DNA of 64,000 nucleotides, from assembly GCF_009914755.1 (NCBI RefSeq), contig NC_060938.1. One strand, given 5' to 3'. Positions 45,151-59,734 of this stretch are shown one piece after another. Made by a program: the position numbers and the translations under genes. The stretch is from the human T2T-CHM13v2.0 reference genome, Homo sapiens. The stretch's first letter is position 1. The number at the start of each line of letters is the position of its first letter. The notes beneath the pieces are model-generated. The model saw only the letters and a list, made by a program, of their open reading frames with translations. It ran no database searches and was not told the DNA's origin.

Positions 45151-45730
45151 TGTAATTTTTACCTGACAAACTCCACCTTGATTTAAACCTGACTCTTCAC
45201 CCCTCCGCAACTGCTCCATAGCACCTCAGTGTAGCTGAAGAAAAATACAACGTACTAACAAGGCTCATTCTAAATTTGTGATGGGAAATCTCAAGGAGGC
45301 CTCAGCACAGCCCAGCAATCATTTTACATTTCCCTAAACAATTCCTGTTTCCACTCTCCCAGACAACATTTTGTACATTTTTCTTCTACTCAAAACTCTA
45401 ACCATCTTCCTAACACTCCATGTTCAGAAGATGACCTCAACTCTTATTTCACTGGAGTGGAGATTTGAAGAGATTAGAAGAAAACTACCACATTTCCTCA
45501 TCACCAAATCTAGTAATCTGCCTGCATTTTTATGCATATATTCAGCCTTGCTGCTCCTGTTTAACTCTCCTTGCTGTTATCCTCTTATTTAATGACAACC
45601 TCCCATGAAGGTACTCTATCTCTTTCTCTCTTGACTGTTCAATTATCTTTCTATTACAATTACTCTTTCTCCCCAGGATTCTTTTTCTCTCTCTACTGCT
45701 TTGCTGCTATAACCATACAAAATATTTCCT

Positions 45731-45778
45731 AAGAAAGAAAGAAAGGAAGAAAGAGAGAAAGGAAGGAAGGAAGGAAGG

Positions 45779-45829
<51 letters not shown>

Positions 45830-45894
45830 AGAAAGAGAAAGAAATAAGAAAGAAAGAAAGAAAGAAAGAAAGAAAAAAGAGAAAGAAAGAAGGA

Positions 45895-45969
<75 letters not shown>
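45731..45969 (+). repeat. Complex (AAAG)n/(AAGG)n polypurine tract
   Basis: About 240 nt, almost entirely A/G. Confidence 0.98.
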
Positions 45970-46366
45970 TTCTTCCCTGGACTTTGTTTTAGTAAGGGGT
46001 TCTATGGCTTTTAGATGTAACGCAATGTATTTTGGCCCTTTTATCTTACATTGTGCTAGACGCCTTACCTCTTACCTTAGACTGTGCTGGAATTTGCCTG
46101 GTAATGCATAACAATCTTAGGAAGAGTCCAAACATTCAATGTTCAATATTTTAAAAATAGTAACTTAGTGAAAAGCTGAAATTAATAGTTTTCTAATTGG
46201 CTTTTTGGGGTTTCTATATCAACTGGTAGTTAGGACACATTTCTTCTTCTGCACTCCCATTAGACTGCCTCTGCCCTTAAGTCCCATGAAATCCTGAAGC
46301 ACTGCCCCATTTCTCTGCTCATCTTTATAGCAAAACTCCCCAGAAAATTGTCTGTACTTTCTACCT

Positions 46367-46719
46367 TGATATGGTTTGACTCTGTGTCCCCAGCCAAATC
46401 TCATCGTGAATTATACTCCCCTAAATCCCACCTGTTGTGGGAGGGATGCGATGGGAGATAATGTGAATCATGGGGGTGGTTCCCCCATACTGTTCTTGTG
46501 GTAGTGAACAAGTCTCATGAATCTGATGGTTTTATCAGGGGTTTCCGATTTTGCATCCTTCTCATTTTCTTTTGTTGCTGCCATGTAAGAAGTGCCTTTC
46601 ACCTCCTGCCATGATTCTGAGGCCTCTCCAGCCATGTGGAACTGTAAGTCCAATTCAACCTCTTTTTCTTCCCAGTCTCAGGTATGGCTTTATCAGCAGC
46701 ATGAAAACAGACTAATGCA
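46367..46719 (+). mobile_element. THE1A-like MaLR solo LTR
   Basis: TGATATGGTTTGACTCTGTGTCCCCA...TTTATCAGGGGTTTCCG...TTTATCAGCAGCATGAAAACAGACTAATGCA. 5-bp TSD TACCT/TACTT. Confidence 0.9.
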
Positions 46720-47363
46720 TACTTCTTCTTCCTTAATGGTTATCTTCTTTTAAACCCATCCTTGTCAGTCTTGTCCTTAGCGTTTACTGATATTCCACTT
46801 CTGAAGGTCACCATGAACCTCCAGTATGCTAAATCTAATGAACAATTCCCAGTTATCAGCAGCATCTGACACAGTTGATAGATCCCCTGTTCTAAAAACA
46901 CCTTCTTTATTCATCTCCTGGTGATTATAGTTTCCTGGGTTTTCTTCCCCCTCCATGACAGTTCATTTTCAGTTTTCTTTTCTTGATTATCCTTATTCTT
47001 TCTGAGCTCTAAATATTGGACTTCCTCAGGGCTCAGCCCTGAGCCCTTTTCTATTTTCTAGCTACACTCTCTCTATAATTGAAATTAGTTCCATTGTTTT
47101 AAACATCTTCTATATGTTGATGACTCCCAGTTTTACATTTCTAGCACTAACCTCTCCTCTGAGCATTAAATTTATTTACCAATTGCCTCCTCAACACCAC
47201 CACTTGGTTGACTAATAAAGTTCTCAAAATTGGCATGTCTAAAATAAAATTCATGCTTTTCTCTACCTCTTCTCTTCCTCCCTTTGCACTCCCATTCATT
47301 TTTCTGACTTTCTCATCTTGTTCAGTGTTACACAACCACTCATCTTGTTGCTCAGATGAAAAC

Positions 47364-47784
47364 TGTATTAGCCAGGGTTTTCCAGAGAAGCAGAATCGAT
47401 AATATGTGTCTACATCTAGAAAGAGGGATTTATTTTCGGAAATTAACTTTCATAATTATGAGAATTGGCAAGTCTAAAATCTGCAGGGAAGGTTGACAGG
47501 TTAGAAACTTAGGGAAGAGTTCATGTTCTAGCTTGAATCCAAACAAGATCTAGAGGCAGAATTCCTTCTTCCTCAAGGCATCCCAGTTATTTTCTTAAGG
47601 CCTTCAAACTGACTGGACAAGGCCCACCCACATTATGGAGTAATGTGGTAATCTGCTTTACTCAAACTCTACTGATTTAAATGTTAATCACATGTTAAAA
47701 AATACATTCATGACATCTAAACTGGTCTTTGAAAAACTAGGTATCATGGCATAGTGAAGTTGACACATAAAATTAACCATCACA
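47364..47784 (-). mobile_element. MLT2 (D-like) 3' LTR of an ERVL provirus
   Basis: TGTATTAGCCAGGGTTTTCCAGAGAAGCAGAA...GTTGACACATAAAATTAACCATCACA. Confidence 0.85.
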
Positions 47785-47921
47785 GCCTACTTCTTTTCAC
47801 CTCAGCACCCACATCTATTTCCAGACTTAATCTCAAAAGAAAGACAATAATAAGGTCATACTTCTGACCTAACATGTTCTGCCTAACATGATACAACTCT
47901 CTTGTGTACAACCAAAAATGC

Positions 47922-48232
47922 TGTGTTAGTCAGTTCATGCTGCTATAACAAAGTGCCATAGACTGGGTGGCTTATAAACAACAAAAACTTATTTCTAAAC
48001 TGCTCTGGCTGTTCAAAGTCCCAGATCAGAATATCAGCACAATCGAGCCCTTATGAAGGCACACTTGGAGGTTGTGCACTGCCGGCTTCTCCTTGTATCC
48101 TTATATGGTGAGAAGAGAGCTAGAGAGCTCTCATAAGGACACTAATTCCACCTCCCAATGCCATCACATTGGGGGTTAGGATTTTAACATATGAATTTGT
48201 GATGGGGAAAACAAAAACATTCAATCATAATA
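47922..48232 (-). mobile_element. MLT1A/MST-type LTR nested in the ERVL internal region
   Basis: TGTGTTAGTCAGTTCATGCTGCTATAACAAAGTGCCATAGACTGGGTGGCTTATAAACAAC. TSD AATGC/AATGT. Confidence 0.8.
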
Positions 48233-49827
48233 AATGTCCCAATGCTTTTTCTAGAAGATGCAAAGCTCTTAGCTGATGTTCACTGAACATAATATCCTAT
48301 AATTAAATACTATAATGCAATGTTGATACATATACAACAAAGATATTTGCTATATGCGTATACACACATATATACATATACAAACATTCATAACAAAATA
48401 AGGAATATTTATATAATAATTACAGTCCTCATGTTAATAACTGGTCACATGCTTATAGCAGGTATTTATAAGCTTTTTTCCACTATGAATTTTGTATTTT
48501 CTTTGCTTTCAGTGAGAACCTCAGCTAGTCATGATTCTTTACCTAGGAGGTGACCCAAAACTTATTCCTGAAGGATCTGGACCATTCATAGCCCTGTCTC
48601 AATTGGGTTGTTAGAGTATTCTATTGTATTTAGTCAGAGAGCGTAGTAGTACTAAGAGATGCTCTAGGAAATCTTCCATATTTCAAACACACACTTCCTT
48701 CTCTCCATTTTAGAGCAGTCTAAATTTCTCATGGTGATCAGGATCAATCATCCTAGCTAGCAGAACAGCTCCCTCCTTTGCCTGTTCATTCAAAGGTATA
48801 AAGCTAAAAGTGGCTGAGGGGCAATCTTTCCTTCAAGTTATCATTGTTGTAGTTCTAGTTGGACCACAGTGACATTTGAGACCTCCTAGATGTAGTATCT
48901 ATTCAAAGTCAGTCCAGTAATCCCCCAAAAGTCTGATTATTTCCTTTGTTGCAATGTACAATCACCTTGGTGAAAGACCATAAGTTTCTCTGAAGAAGAC
49001 TGAGAGAAAGATTAACAGTATAAATTGTTGTCAGTGCAGCAAGATCGTTTTTCATAGAGACCCAGCCTCCCCTTCATTTGAGAGGTTCTAAGCCCATAAA
49101 CTGGCTCAAAGTCTGAGAGTTGATTAAAGGAGTCTAACCCTCTGCTTTTGTGACTTTTGTTCCCTTAACCCACAATTCTCCACTTATACAGATTAGGAAC
49201 AATTTAGCAGATTTCCCACCTATGTCACTTTCTAGGGACACAATGATTAACTAGCTAACATCATAGATCTCTGTGAGTCATTTTATTCTGATTGCTGCTT
49301 TGATTCTGTTTTCCATCATGGTAACCATGCTTACTTTGCCTTTGGTGAGTAAATGCCATCACTTTGTCCCTGCCACCCTGGGACCTAGTTATCCTCATTG
49401 CATTTAGGTTTACCAATCCAGTGGCAGCAATTACCACTGTAATTTCTGACCCACAGAGAAGAGCTATCACAAGCTCTTCAAGGATGCATTGCTCCCCTCG
49501 CAAATTCATTTCTCACTGTTATGGTGAAAGCTGTCCTCTGGACCCTTCCCAGTGGGTGAGAAGATCGTAAGTGATAAATCCACTTGAATATTCCAATTTT
49601 TCTAAGGCTTTAAATACCTTTTTCTATAGTATACCAAGGCAGTTATGGTATTTCAATTCGTTTAGTGTATGTCACCTTTTGGTCCATGTTTCAGCCAACC
49701 AAACAAACAATTTGAGCTCTTTCTAATACCCCAAGCTGCAACATTAAATCTAGATTTTTTTGCTTAGTGGGCCCATGTCAGTAAATTCTGCCTGATTCAA
49801 TCTCCCAGTATAATACGCCCTTAATAC

Positions 49828-50513
49828 TGAAACTGCCTTTGCAAAATTATGATGGAGAGAGTGAAAAAGGTCTAACATAACTGATTCCATCTTGCTTCTA
49901 ACCTCCAAGCTGTCCTTGTTCACTCCTGGGCATAGGTTGAACTAACTTTGGGAGGAACTCAGTTTATAAAACAAAGACAATAACAGCTTTTTCCTAAAAC
50001 AAACATCCTTCTTCCTTAGGGATTAGACTGTCTTTACAGGACTAACAAATTAGCCACAAGATTAGAAATTATGGTTTAGGAGTCAGGCAGCTGGAGGCTA
50101 CAAGGTTCTGATCCTCCCTAAAATGCTGCTAAGATCAGTGCTTGAGATATTTTGCGGACCCTGCACTTGATGGATCAGCTGGCACCACCCAGATTGATAA
50201 ACTGGCTCATGTGATCTTGTGGCCCCCACCCAGGAACTGACTCAGTACAAGAGGATAGCTTCAACTTCACATGATTGGTTGGGTCAAGAGTGCTGACCCA
50301 ACGAATCAGCACTCTTGAATCACTGGCCTTCCTCCACCCACAAAATTATCCTTAAAAACTCTGATCCATGAATGCTCAGGGAGACTGATTTGAACTCTGG
50401 TCTCTCACACAGCCGGCTCTGCACAAATTACTTTTTCTCTATTGCAATTCCCCTGTCTCAATAAATCAGCTCTGTCTAGGCAGCAGGCAAGGTGAGCCCA
50501 TTGGGTGGTTACA
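49828..50513 (+). mobile_element. LTR8-family ERV1 solo LTR nested in ERVL gag
   Basis: TGAAACTGCCTTTGCAAAATTATGA...CCATCTTGCTTCTAACCTCCAAGCTGTCCTTG...GGGTGGTTACA. 4-bp TSD ATAC/ATAT. Confidence 0.85.
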
Positions 50514-51488
50514 ATATCCACTCCCACACATTCTCTAGATTTCTGTCTGTAAATATTAGAAAAATCATATTGTTATTTTGTAGTGTAACAACCTCCTCAT
50601 GGGGCACAATTTGCATCTCATCTTTAGAGGCCTACTGAGACTTGAGTTTAGTTATAGGTCTACGAAAAAAAGGGGTTGTAAGGGTGGGTCCTGAGGAGAA
50701 TCAGCAGTGTTTTGTAAGGCAGTTACCTCAGAGGTGACCATTACTCTTTCATCAGGCAAAGCAGAGGTCATCTTCTCAGATAGAGATGGAGTGGCTTCTT
50801 CTACTGACAAAGGATCTTCAGAATGTAGGAGTTTAATGCCCCCCAGCTTCATCAGGATCTTCCCATATGTCCCCATTCCAATTTTCAGGACCCCATTCCT
50901 TTCCAATTAATGCTACCACTTTAACAGCAGACACCCTGTGAGCTTAGGAATTCAATTTGCATTGTAATTCAGCTACTTGCAAAATGGCACTGTGTTTAGT
51001 TTTCAGCAATCTCAGCTTTTTGGCTACAGGTAACAAAACTTTCTTCCAGGGCATTCATACAAAATTTTAGGTCATTTATGCAGTGCATGAGCTGGGAATT
51101 TGAACCCTTGAATTCATCCTTTTATTTCTACACTTTGTTTACATCAATAAGGAGCAACCAGCCAATCTCTTTGTACTCATCAATTTAACAAAATTGTTCT
51201 AGGGTATCAAATACATGGTCACTTTTGTCTCTTATAAGTATTGATTATGGTCACTGAAAACTTTGTCTCTTATAGGTGTTTGATTAGGAATATCCACAGT
51301 AATATTTTGGGTATCTCAACTGATATGTCACACCATGTACTATCTATGCTCTTTTTGCTTCTAGAAATAGTCATTAGTGCCTTTAAATCTAGTTAGATTA
51401 GAGAACCAGTTCCAGAAACCCCATAACCAATTCAGAAATCTCATCCTTAAGATTCTGTTGCTCTAGAACAACTCTTCTTATCCAAATT

Positions 51489-51970
51489 TGTATTAGTCAT
51501 GATTCTTCAGATAAATAGAACCAATAAGATGTGTATTACACACACACACACACATATATATATACACACACACACATATATATGATGTATAGATAGATCT
51601 ATATATCTGAGAGAGAGATTTATTCTAAGGAATTGGCTCACTTAGGAGGGCTGGCAAGTCTGAAATCTGCAAAGAATGCCAGCAGGCTGGAGCCCCAGAA
51701 AAGAGGTGATTTTGCAGTCCTAACGCAGTCTGCAAGGAGTCTGGAAGCAGGATTTCTTCCTGGGCAAACCCCAGTCTTTTCTCTTAAGTCTTTCATCTGT
51801 TTGGATAAGGCTCACCCATATTATTGAAAATAATCTGCTTTACTAAAAATCTGCTGATTCAAACATTAAACACATCTAAAAATATTTTCATATGAACATC
51901 TTGACTGGAGATTGACCAAAAGCCAGGTACCATGGCCTAGCCAAGTTGATACATAAAATGAACCAACATA
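51489..51970 (-). mobile_element. MLT2 (D-like) 5' LTR of the ERVL provirus, with internal (CA)n(TA)n
   Basis: TGTATTAGTCATGATTCTTCAGATAAATAGAACCAATA...CCAAGTTGATACATAAAATGAACCAACATA, homologous to 47364-47784. Confidence 0.85.
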
Positions 51971-52799
51971 AAAATCTAGAAGTCATCCTTAGTATCCTTC
52001 ACTCTTACCACACATCTGATTCATCAACTCTACTTTCAAAATATATCTTGACTCTGATCACTTATCATGTGTGTCATTCTTAGCTTCCTAGTACAAGCTA
52101 CCTTCATCTTTACCTGCTGTCCTAAACAGTCTTTTTGTTCTCCTTGCTTTCACTCTGCCTTCTATCCTGCTGGCCCCCTGCCCTCTGAGCCCACTATTCA
52201 GGCAGCAATCAAAATGATCTATTTAATGACCTAAATCTAATTATTCTACTCAACAGCTCAAAAACCTCCAATGGTCCCCATGAAACTCAAAGCAAAACCC
52301 AAAACTTTGTATTATTGTTACAATCTTATTTATTCTGGTTCTGCCTCCCTCGCTCTGACTTCATTTAACATGCACCAGTGTTTTCACTCACTTGCTAATG
52401 TCCATCTGAAGGTGTTTTTGTCTCTTTGGTCTAGAAAACTCCTAGATGTTTCTATGGCTCCACTCAGATCATTGCTCAGAAATTATTTCTTTAAAATTCT
52501 TTCAGGATTACTGTATTTCAGCTAACAGTATTACATACTATTCCTTTATGCTAATTAATTTTTCATAGAATTTATTACTGTCCTGACTTGTATTATATAT
52601 GTGTTTGGTTTATGTCTGCCTTCTCAATCAGAATAAAGCCTCCAAAAGGACAGGGACTTATTTCCTACCAAAGCCCAGGGCACTAGTACTAGGTCTAAGG
52701 CACAGTCATGCACAATCATATTTGTCAAGTGAATGAGTGGGAATAATAATACTTTAGAGTGAGTATTCACGGGGTTGTTGAGAAGATTCAATGTCATAA

Positions 52800-53310
52800 T
52801 GCATGAATGTTAAAGACTTCTAATTGCTTTGTAATGTCAATTCTCACTTCCTTCCTTACTAATATAATCCCCAATTTGTATGTGGGCACATGGCTGCCTG
52901 GAATACAGACTTCCTTTCTTGCCCTTTCAGTTAGGAATGGTCTTATGACTGAGTTCCAGCTAATAAGGTGCAAGCAGAAGTGCCACATTCAACTTCTGGG
53001 AAGAGAGCTTTAAAATAGGTGGGTGGGGGAGTTTGTTCCTTTTCTCTTTCCCTGCTGACTGGAATTGGGGCATCATAACTGGAACTCCAGAGGCTCTAGA
53101 TGAAACATGAGATGACCCTAACAGTAGAAATCAACCAAGAAGGATCACTAGGAACAAAAAGCCTGGGTCCTTGCTACCATGGAGTGATATATCATGCCCA
53201 GATCGACAACTTTGAAACTTTTTGAATATGAGGGAAAAATAAACTACTATCATACTAACTACCTGCTATTTTTGGGTTTTCTGTTCCTTGCAATCATATC
53301 TACTTCTTGC
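52800..53310 (+). mobile_element. Old MLT1 (J-like) LTR
   Basis: TATGACTGAGTTCCAGCTAATAAG, GAGCCTGGGTCCTTG-like segment and 3' TATTTTTGGGTTTTCTGTT.CTTGCA. Confidence 0.6.
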
Positions 53311-53449
53311 AATTTTAACATGTAAATTGATCATGACAAATATTGACTTGTAGTAAGCCCTCAGTAAATATCATTGTTTGCTTCATATTCTTATAACTGT
53401 TTTCAATTTTTTCTATTTCTATCTTTTCTTGTTAACATTGTTTTTGTTG

Positions 53450-53740
53450 TTATAGGCTGTGTACTATGTGAAGTGCTAGGGATAAGAATGAGAATAAGAT
53501 AGAAATTTCACTTAAAGGACATTGTGGTCTAGGGAGCATACAAAGAAATTATAATACAACGTGAGATGTATTTTCATGGCAGCAATAAAAACATGCTGTG
53601 GGGACACACAGGAAGTACAGAATAAGTCTGCCAGGGGATACCAGAGACAGATTCATTGCTGAAGATGTAGATCTTAAATCAAGACTTAAACATGCCTAGA
53701 AGACTATCATGAGGACAAGGGGTGGAGAGTGCAGAGGGAA
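53450..53740 (-). mobile_element. L2 fragment
   Basis: GTGCTAGGGATAAGAATG.GAATAAGATAG, TGCTGTGGGGACACACAGGAAG. Confidence 0.5.
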
Positions 53741-53915
53741 AAGCAAGGGAATTGACTGCACATAGGCCTCCCTATTAGGTTCAGGAAAAATATGAATCAT
53801 ACCCCCAACCTAAAAAAGAAAAAAAAAAGACTTCATTGCCCCTAAGGAAGCTAAGGCACTCCATTTTTCTCGTCTCATCTGAAACTTCATTGGAAATGTG
53901 GGGTTGCTGTGTTTA

Positions 53916-57210
<3,295 letters not shown>

Positions 57211-57241
57211 GACTAATCCCAAAACACATTGCAACTACAAG
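57211..57241 (+). other. Candidate L1 3'-transduced segment
   Basis: The non-L1 31-mer GACTAATCCCAAAACACATTGCAACTACAAG lies between the L1 A tail and a second A run, inside the TSDs. Confidence 0.75.
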
Positions 57242-59149
57242 AAAAAAAAAAGTCATTATTTCTAAATAGTCTGATTACAAGAGGAGTTGACTTAGAAAGC
57301 AAAGAGGCGATTACTATATGGAATATACATAATCAGAATTGTCCAAAGAAAGCACAATGGCATATCCTGGATGTGAGTTTTTTGGGAGATAGGAACACAG
57401 AAAGGGAGAGAGGACATGACGGGAAAGTACATAGACAGATAAAATTAGGGAGGTTTCCCAGGGAAAGGGAACCACTTACAGTACTTAAGGCAACAATTTT
57501 TGAAGTCGTTTCTAAAAAATGAACTGTAAGAACTCCCTATTCTATTCCTTACATTGACAGGCTATAAGCTACTTAGGATAATATTCACTTTACTTAATAT
57601 TCAGTGCAATGCTTTGTATAAATTTCAAAATCTTTACCCTAGCTGCACTAGATATGTTATGTAGTATAAGGCAGAGGGCAAGGGAGGCAACACTAAGCAA
57701 AATAACAATAGACAGGTTAGAATTTCCTCCTTAAGACATCACTAGTGCAACATCAGCAGATTTGCTGACTCTTAATTTGGGCTCTCAGTATTCTTGACAT
57801 TGTCCATTTAACTGCTTGGAACTAAATTAACCTTAAATTTTCTTCTAAACTTTCCCTTTACTTCTAACACTAAGTTTAACATTTGCTCACAGCTTCTCTA
57901 ATACTATATTTATCTTGATACTGTCTCACATTAATGATCATTTTAAACAAAATTTTTTATGTATCTAAAAGCCAAGTGCATTTCTATGCAAACATGCCTC
58001 TGAAAATATAATGGAGAACTGTTGGAAAACATGTGGCCTGTAAACGTTCGATCTACAGATTTTAAATTTCAAGAAAGGCTGTATAATAAAAACAAAATAA
58101 TAAAATTTAATAAACAAAAATAAACAAAAACCCCACAAAGCTACCCTATAGAAATTGATTTCTGGGGCTGAAGAGAAAAGGAAAAATAGCACTTCCTTAA
58201 TATTAATCTATTATAATGTATCCTTCACCTCAGCTTCTCTTTGCCACATTATAAAGCAGCAACGCTTTGCATTGACCGTATAATTCAAATCTTTCTTTGG
58301 AGAAATATGCAATAGTTGGTAATTGTCTGCATTCTGAAGCATCTCATTTTACGCCCCCCAAATGCATGATTCACTTTGAATGATAAATATGGCTATGAAA
58401 TGGAGTGTTTCCGACATTCACAGATCAAATGTAACTGGGGAGGAATAATTCAGATGCATCCTGATGTTTTATATTTCCATGCACTAATATTTGCTTCACA
58501 CCATATGTCACAGTAACACAAGAGTGTGATCATGTAGAACAGCCCAGTGGTTTTCTCCTCCAACATCTGGTCTTCTGAGGAAGTCTAGCACTTTAGAGAT
58601 TCATGTGTAAATCCCAAGACAGGTGGTAAAAATCAAATGCCTTGGTGACGGGAAGTAAAAAGAAGGCTAGAAAGGCTTTTTCCTGTCATCAGATTGGCAT
58701 CAAGGAATGCTGTGATAATCTTAGTGGAATTAAACAAACAGAACCAGTAGTCCACTGGACCCTCTCTGAAAAGCCACACACTATGTACATTCACAGGGCA
58801 GTAAAGAGAACCAGTTGTCAGCAGGCGTTTTAATCGGTGGCCCCCCTCTTCAAGTCTGCTGACTCTTGGCTCTGTTGAAGGCATCCAGCCCTGGAGGCAC
58901 TATAGCTTCGTAAGGAGCAATGGCAACATCATCTTCCTCTGGAAGCTGGCTTGACCACTCTCCAGAGAAGAAGACCAAGACCACTTTAGGTGTACTGACA
59001 GCATTTACAATACAAGCTAGTCTCTCTAATCCTTAAAAAAAAGAGAGGAGTGGGGGGAATAAGCTTTCATATTTCCTACTCTCCTGCAGGCATAAATTAG
59101 CTAGATTTATTCTATTTCCTCAGCTCCTCTTTATGCTTCAGGTTGGTAC

Positions 59150-59520
59150 AGTGTGGTTTCTGTCCCTACCACTTCATAGAAGCTACCCACTGAGTTCCTA
59201 AATGGCTACTGTGTAAGCTAAACTTCATTTACCCTTTTCTAACTTCATTTTGCTTCACCACAGTGTTTAACAGGGTTGACTGCTCTCCACTTCTTGGAAC
59301 ACTCTTTTTTTTTTTTTTTTAACTGAGTTAGATGTTACACTTCTCTGCTTTTCTAACTACCCTCTAAATCTTTTTTTGTGATTCCTTTACTTTCCTAGAC
59401 TTTCAAATTTCGATGTTTAACAAACTGTGCTCTTACGCCTTCTTTTTGTCTGTTTACATTGACTTCTGGATGACCTAAGTCCCTCTCAAAATTCCAATTC
59501 CTAATCACCCCTATGCTGCA
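59150..59520 (+). mobile_element. L2 fragment
   Basis: GTTGACTGCTCTCCACTTCTTGGAACACT, CTTCTCTGCTTTTC. Confidence 0.45.
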
Positions 59521-59524
59521 AGTA

Positions 59525-59712
59525 CTGTCATCCTGTGTTTGCTGCTGCCTATCTATTACCCACCCTTCTCCACCCTGCCCTGGGCCCTGGGATGGTGATC
59601 TCTAAAAGCTGCATCATCAGACTCCTCGTATTTTGAATGATGGTTTGTTTTGTTAACGGCAGATAGTATCAGAAAATGGGATGGTAGGAAGAAAAAGAGG
59701 TGGGACGTTAAT
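59525..59712 (+). mobile_element. LTR33-like 5' fragment
   Basis: CCCACCCTTCTCCACCCTGCCCTGGGCCCTGGGA...CTGCATCA. Confidence 0.5.
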
Positions 59713-59734
59713 TTTTTTTTTGTAATTTAATAGA

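Larger units (their letters stand above)
47785..51488 (-). mobile_element. ERVL internal region (gag and 3' remnants, large internal deletion)
   Basis: The minus strand after the 5' LTR reads AATTTGGATAAGAAGAGTTGTTCTAGAGCAACAGAATCTTAAGGATG, like the HERVL PBS/leader. Decayed gag-like ORFs at 50652-50906 and 49261-49509. Confidence 0.75.
43620..52740 (+). mobile_element. Fragmented L2 host sequence interrupted by many later insertions
   Basis: L2-like pieces between insertions (CATGTAGATGATCCATCC, AAGGTCACCATGAACCTCC..TGCTAAATCTAATG, TGATGACTCCCA, GTCATCCTT, 3' end GTGAATGAGTG). Sequence is continuous across the ERVL TSD. Confidence 0.6.

Noticed and set aside
47025-47043. Inverted repeat CTCAGGGCT-C-AGCCCTGAG (similarly 28526-28553)
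   Set aside because: Short arms compatible with chance; the first lies within decayed L2.
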